In this document: positions 61,770 to 64,000 of the stretch, piece by piece | Layout of the letters: every line of letters begins with the position of its first letter | Position numbering within the stretch: the stretch's first letter is position 1 | Assembly (NCBI GenBank): GCA_040285855.1 | Contig: JAUFOQ010000010.1 | Location: forward strand, 1,488,001-1,552,000 | Origin: Eukaryota sp. GEM-RC1 | Lineage: Eukaryota | Direction of reading: 5' to 3' | Length of the DNA: 64,000 nt | Position numbers and translations under genes: made by a program | The notes under the pieces: model-generated | What the model saw: only the letters and a program-made list of their open reading frames with translations | What the model was told of the DNA's origin: nothing | Database searches by the model: none

Positions 61770-64000
61770 ATGGTGAAAAGACGACAAGACATTAACTCTA
61801 GGCCTCAAGTTGAGGAAGTCAGCTCATCAGAATATGCTTCTGATAGCTCTTCATCATCATCTTCGTCATCCGGTGTAAGCCCTGATCCGTCAGGCAACCG
61901 AAGTCCCCCATCCAACACGGAAGGCGGAAGTCCTTCTCTCTCATCTTCGGAACGCAGAGATAGGACTGGTGTAAGACCCCCATCCTTTACGGAAGGCGGC
62001 AACCCGGAGGACCTAAGACCCCCATCCAATACGGAAGGCGGCAGTCAAGGAGGTACTACTTCCTCAGCCTTAGACATTGAGTCTTTGCTGAACAAGTTTA
62101 GACCTCCTGGAGGTTACCAGCAACGTTACGCTGCCACTTTCTCAGCTGTAACTAACCAAGAAATGGTTTCCTCCACTCCTCAGGTATCCTCACAAGGTAC
62201 TCCTCTTAGTACCTCTTTTCAAAATAGTGTAGTTTTAGATAATAAAGATAATGTATCGGACAGTATTCCAGCTTCTCCTGTGAGATCAGCTGAAGTAGCA
62301 AAGGCAATTCGTCTTCTAGAAGAATCCTTAGCTAAAAGTAAGACCATGAGTGCAGAAGTTAGCAACAAACTTCTTGCTGAACAGGAACATAACCTTCAAA
62401 GAATGCAAATGTCTGCTGAAGACCGTGCTCGTGAAGTACAAAGACAAGTCGGGAGTGTTGGTATGGGTTTCCACCCTGATGCCATCCCTGATAGTCGAAT
62501 TCCTTGGGTAAGTCCTCATGATCAGAACGTTTCAATCTCTGACTCTGATATGTGGCACCTAGCAAAGTTCCGTCCATGGCATCCAGTACTCAGGAACCGT
62601 ATGCCAGAAGGTAGGCATTATCTTCTGCGCAACGTTCCACCTGGTACCCTCACCTGAAGTTATTGAACAATTTCTAGGAAGTTGGTACAACAGGGAGTCT
62701 GAAGACACTTACAGGTAACCAGCTGTCAGTTCTTGGGATCCTCGTCATGGGATCATCATTGAACCTCTTGAGCCAAAGTATGACGCTGATGGTATGTCTG
62801 TGGTGTATGAGTACACTGCGTGGTATCAGCACTGTTTGAATAACCAGTCGCAGATTTATCACAATGTGGCCATAAGTACTGAGTGGTTGTCCCCCAATCA
62901 CAATTACAGTCACTTACCGGTTTCGACGTTCCAAAACGGAAACTCGACTACTCGTGTCCCGAATGTTGAGTCCACTCGAATCATACCTTTTCAAGGTATT
63001 GGTGGCTCTCAGAGAGTTCTTCCACTTGCAGCTGTGAGAATGCAACTGACACTCCAAAACAAGACGAGCTAAGCCGAACTCAACGACTTACTCCCTTTGC
63101 TCCAGGTGAAATCGAACATCCTGAAGTTGTTGACAGGTTCTCAATTGATTCGTTCGGTTTCAGATCTCGTAATGATCAATCGACCGCTAAATTCGACCAA
63201 GAGAAAGCTTGTCCCCGTTATGTTGCCCGAATGGAACATGAAAATGTTTATCGCAAACCAGAATTCTTCGCTGATGGTCACAACAATACCGAATCGTCGG
63301 TAATCTCTAAAGAAGAACTTCTACGCCCTCGAAAGGAACGCACCGAAAGACTGATTGCCGAAGAGAAACGTCAGCGAGAAAGAGAAGCTCAATCGGTTGT
63401 GATTGATGATTCACCTCTCCCAATCGAAAATCATTTAAATCAAAGTTCTTCGTCTGAAGATGAACTCCCTGATAATGTTCTCCATGATTCCACCATCCTT
63501 GCATCTGGTGTTACTCCCAAAGCAAAAAAACCAAAAAAGAAAGATTCGAAACATCGCCCCTTTTTGAAGAACGACACCCGTGCCGAGGTGGTCAAATTCC
63601 TACATGATTTCAGCCACTGGGCTGTCCATACAAGGAAACAACCAGCTTACAGAGGCTTCGACATGTGGCTTGGCAAACCCAAGAACAGATTTGATTTCGC
63701 CAGAACAGCCCTTTGTGAAGTGGACCCAGAAGGAGTAAGTGGTTTCATTGACCAAACAACCCTGTCCACTTGGAAAATGATGGATGCTATTGGTAACGAC
63801 ACTGATACTGTTTCCCTAGAACAATCCATCTGGAGACTGCTAGTCGACAAAAGCCAATTCTCTTCAACAACCGCAGCATCGAGTGCTCTGAAATCCATCC
63901 GTCTAGGAAATGCTAAAGACCCCCTTGAATGCATCGAGAACTATCTCTGCAACATAATCCGGTCTCTAAATTGCTCGATGGCAATTCCCACCATCTCGAG
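61770..64000 (+). mobile_element. Long interrupted ORF, probably retrotransposon gag-like; runs off the right edge
   Basis: Visibly higher GC. Ser/Pro-rich N-terminus with three R(S)PPSxTEGG repeats. After shifts a frame stays open from about 63030 to 64000 and ends SSTTAASSALKSIRLGNAKDPLECIENYL (capsid-like by inference). No pol in the window. Confidence 0.45.

Overview
AT-rich eukaryotic (protist-like, apparently intron-poor) DNA with no rRNA, tRNA or CRISPR signal. The window mixes intact and decayed genes for ubiquitin-ligase/recognition-type proteins (RING-LRR, TRIM-like RING-B-box-coiled-coil-LRR, BTB-BTB-Sel1, B-box proteins) with transposon debris: MULE and pogo-like transposase remnants, a CRE-like non-LTR element, Ty3/gypsy fragments and three ~0.62 kb MITEs with TIRs and TSDs. 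The standout is 41.1-56.6 kb. One complete TRIM-like gene ending in 28-aa NLRC3/RI-type LRRs is followed by seven tandem LRR-only cassettes with intact frames but no in-frame start ATG. They hold 20, 9, 23, 10, 9, 23 and 10 units of 84 bp, built from a small alphabet of modules that differ mainly at predicted ligand-facing beta-strand codons and are shuffled in order. SNPs indicate recombination between cassettes. This is a candidate combinatorial recognition system (alternative 3' exons or silent donor cassettes); its function is inference. Many single-base frameshifts fall in homopolymers and may be assembly errors.
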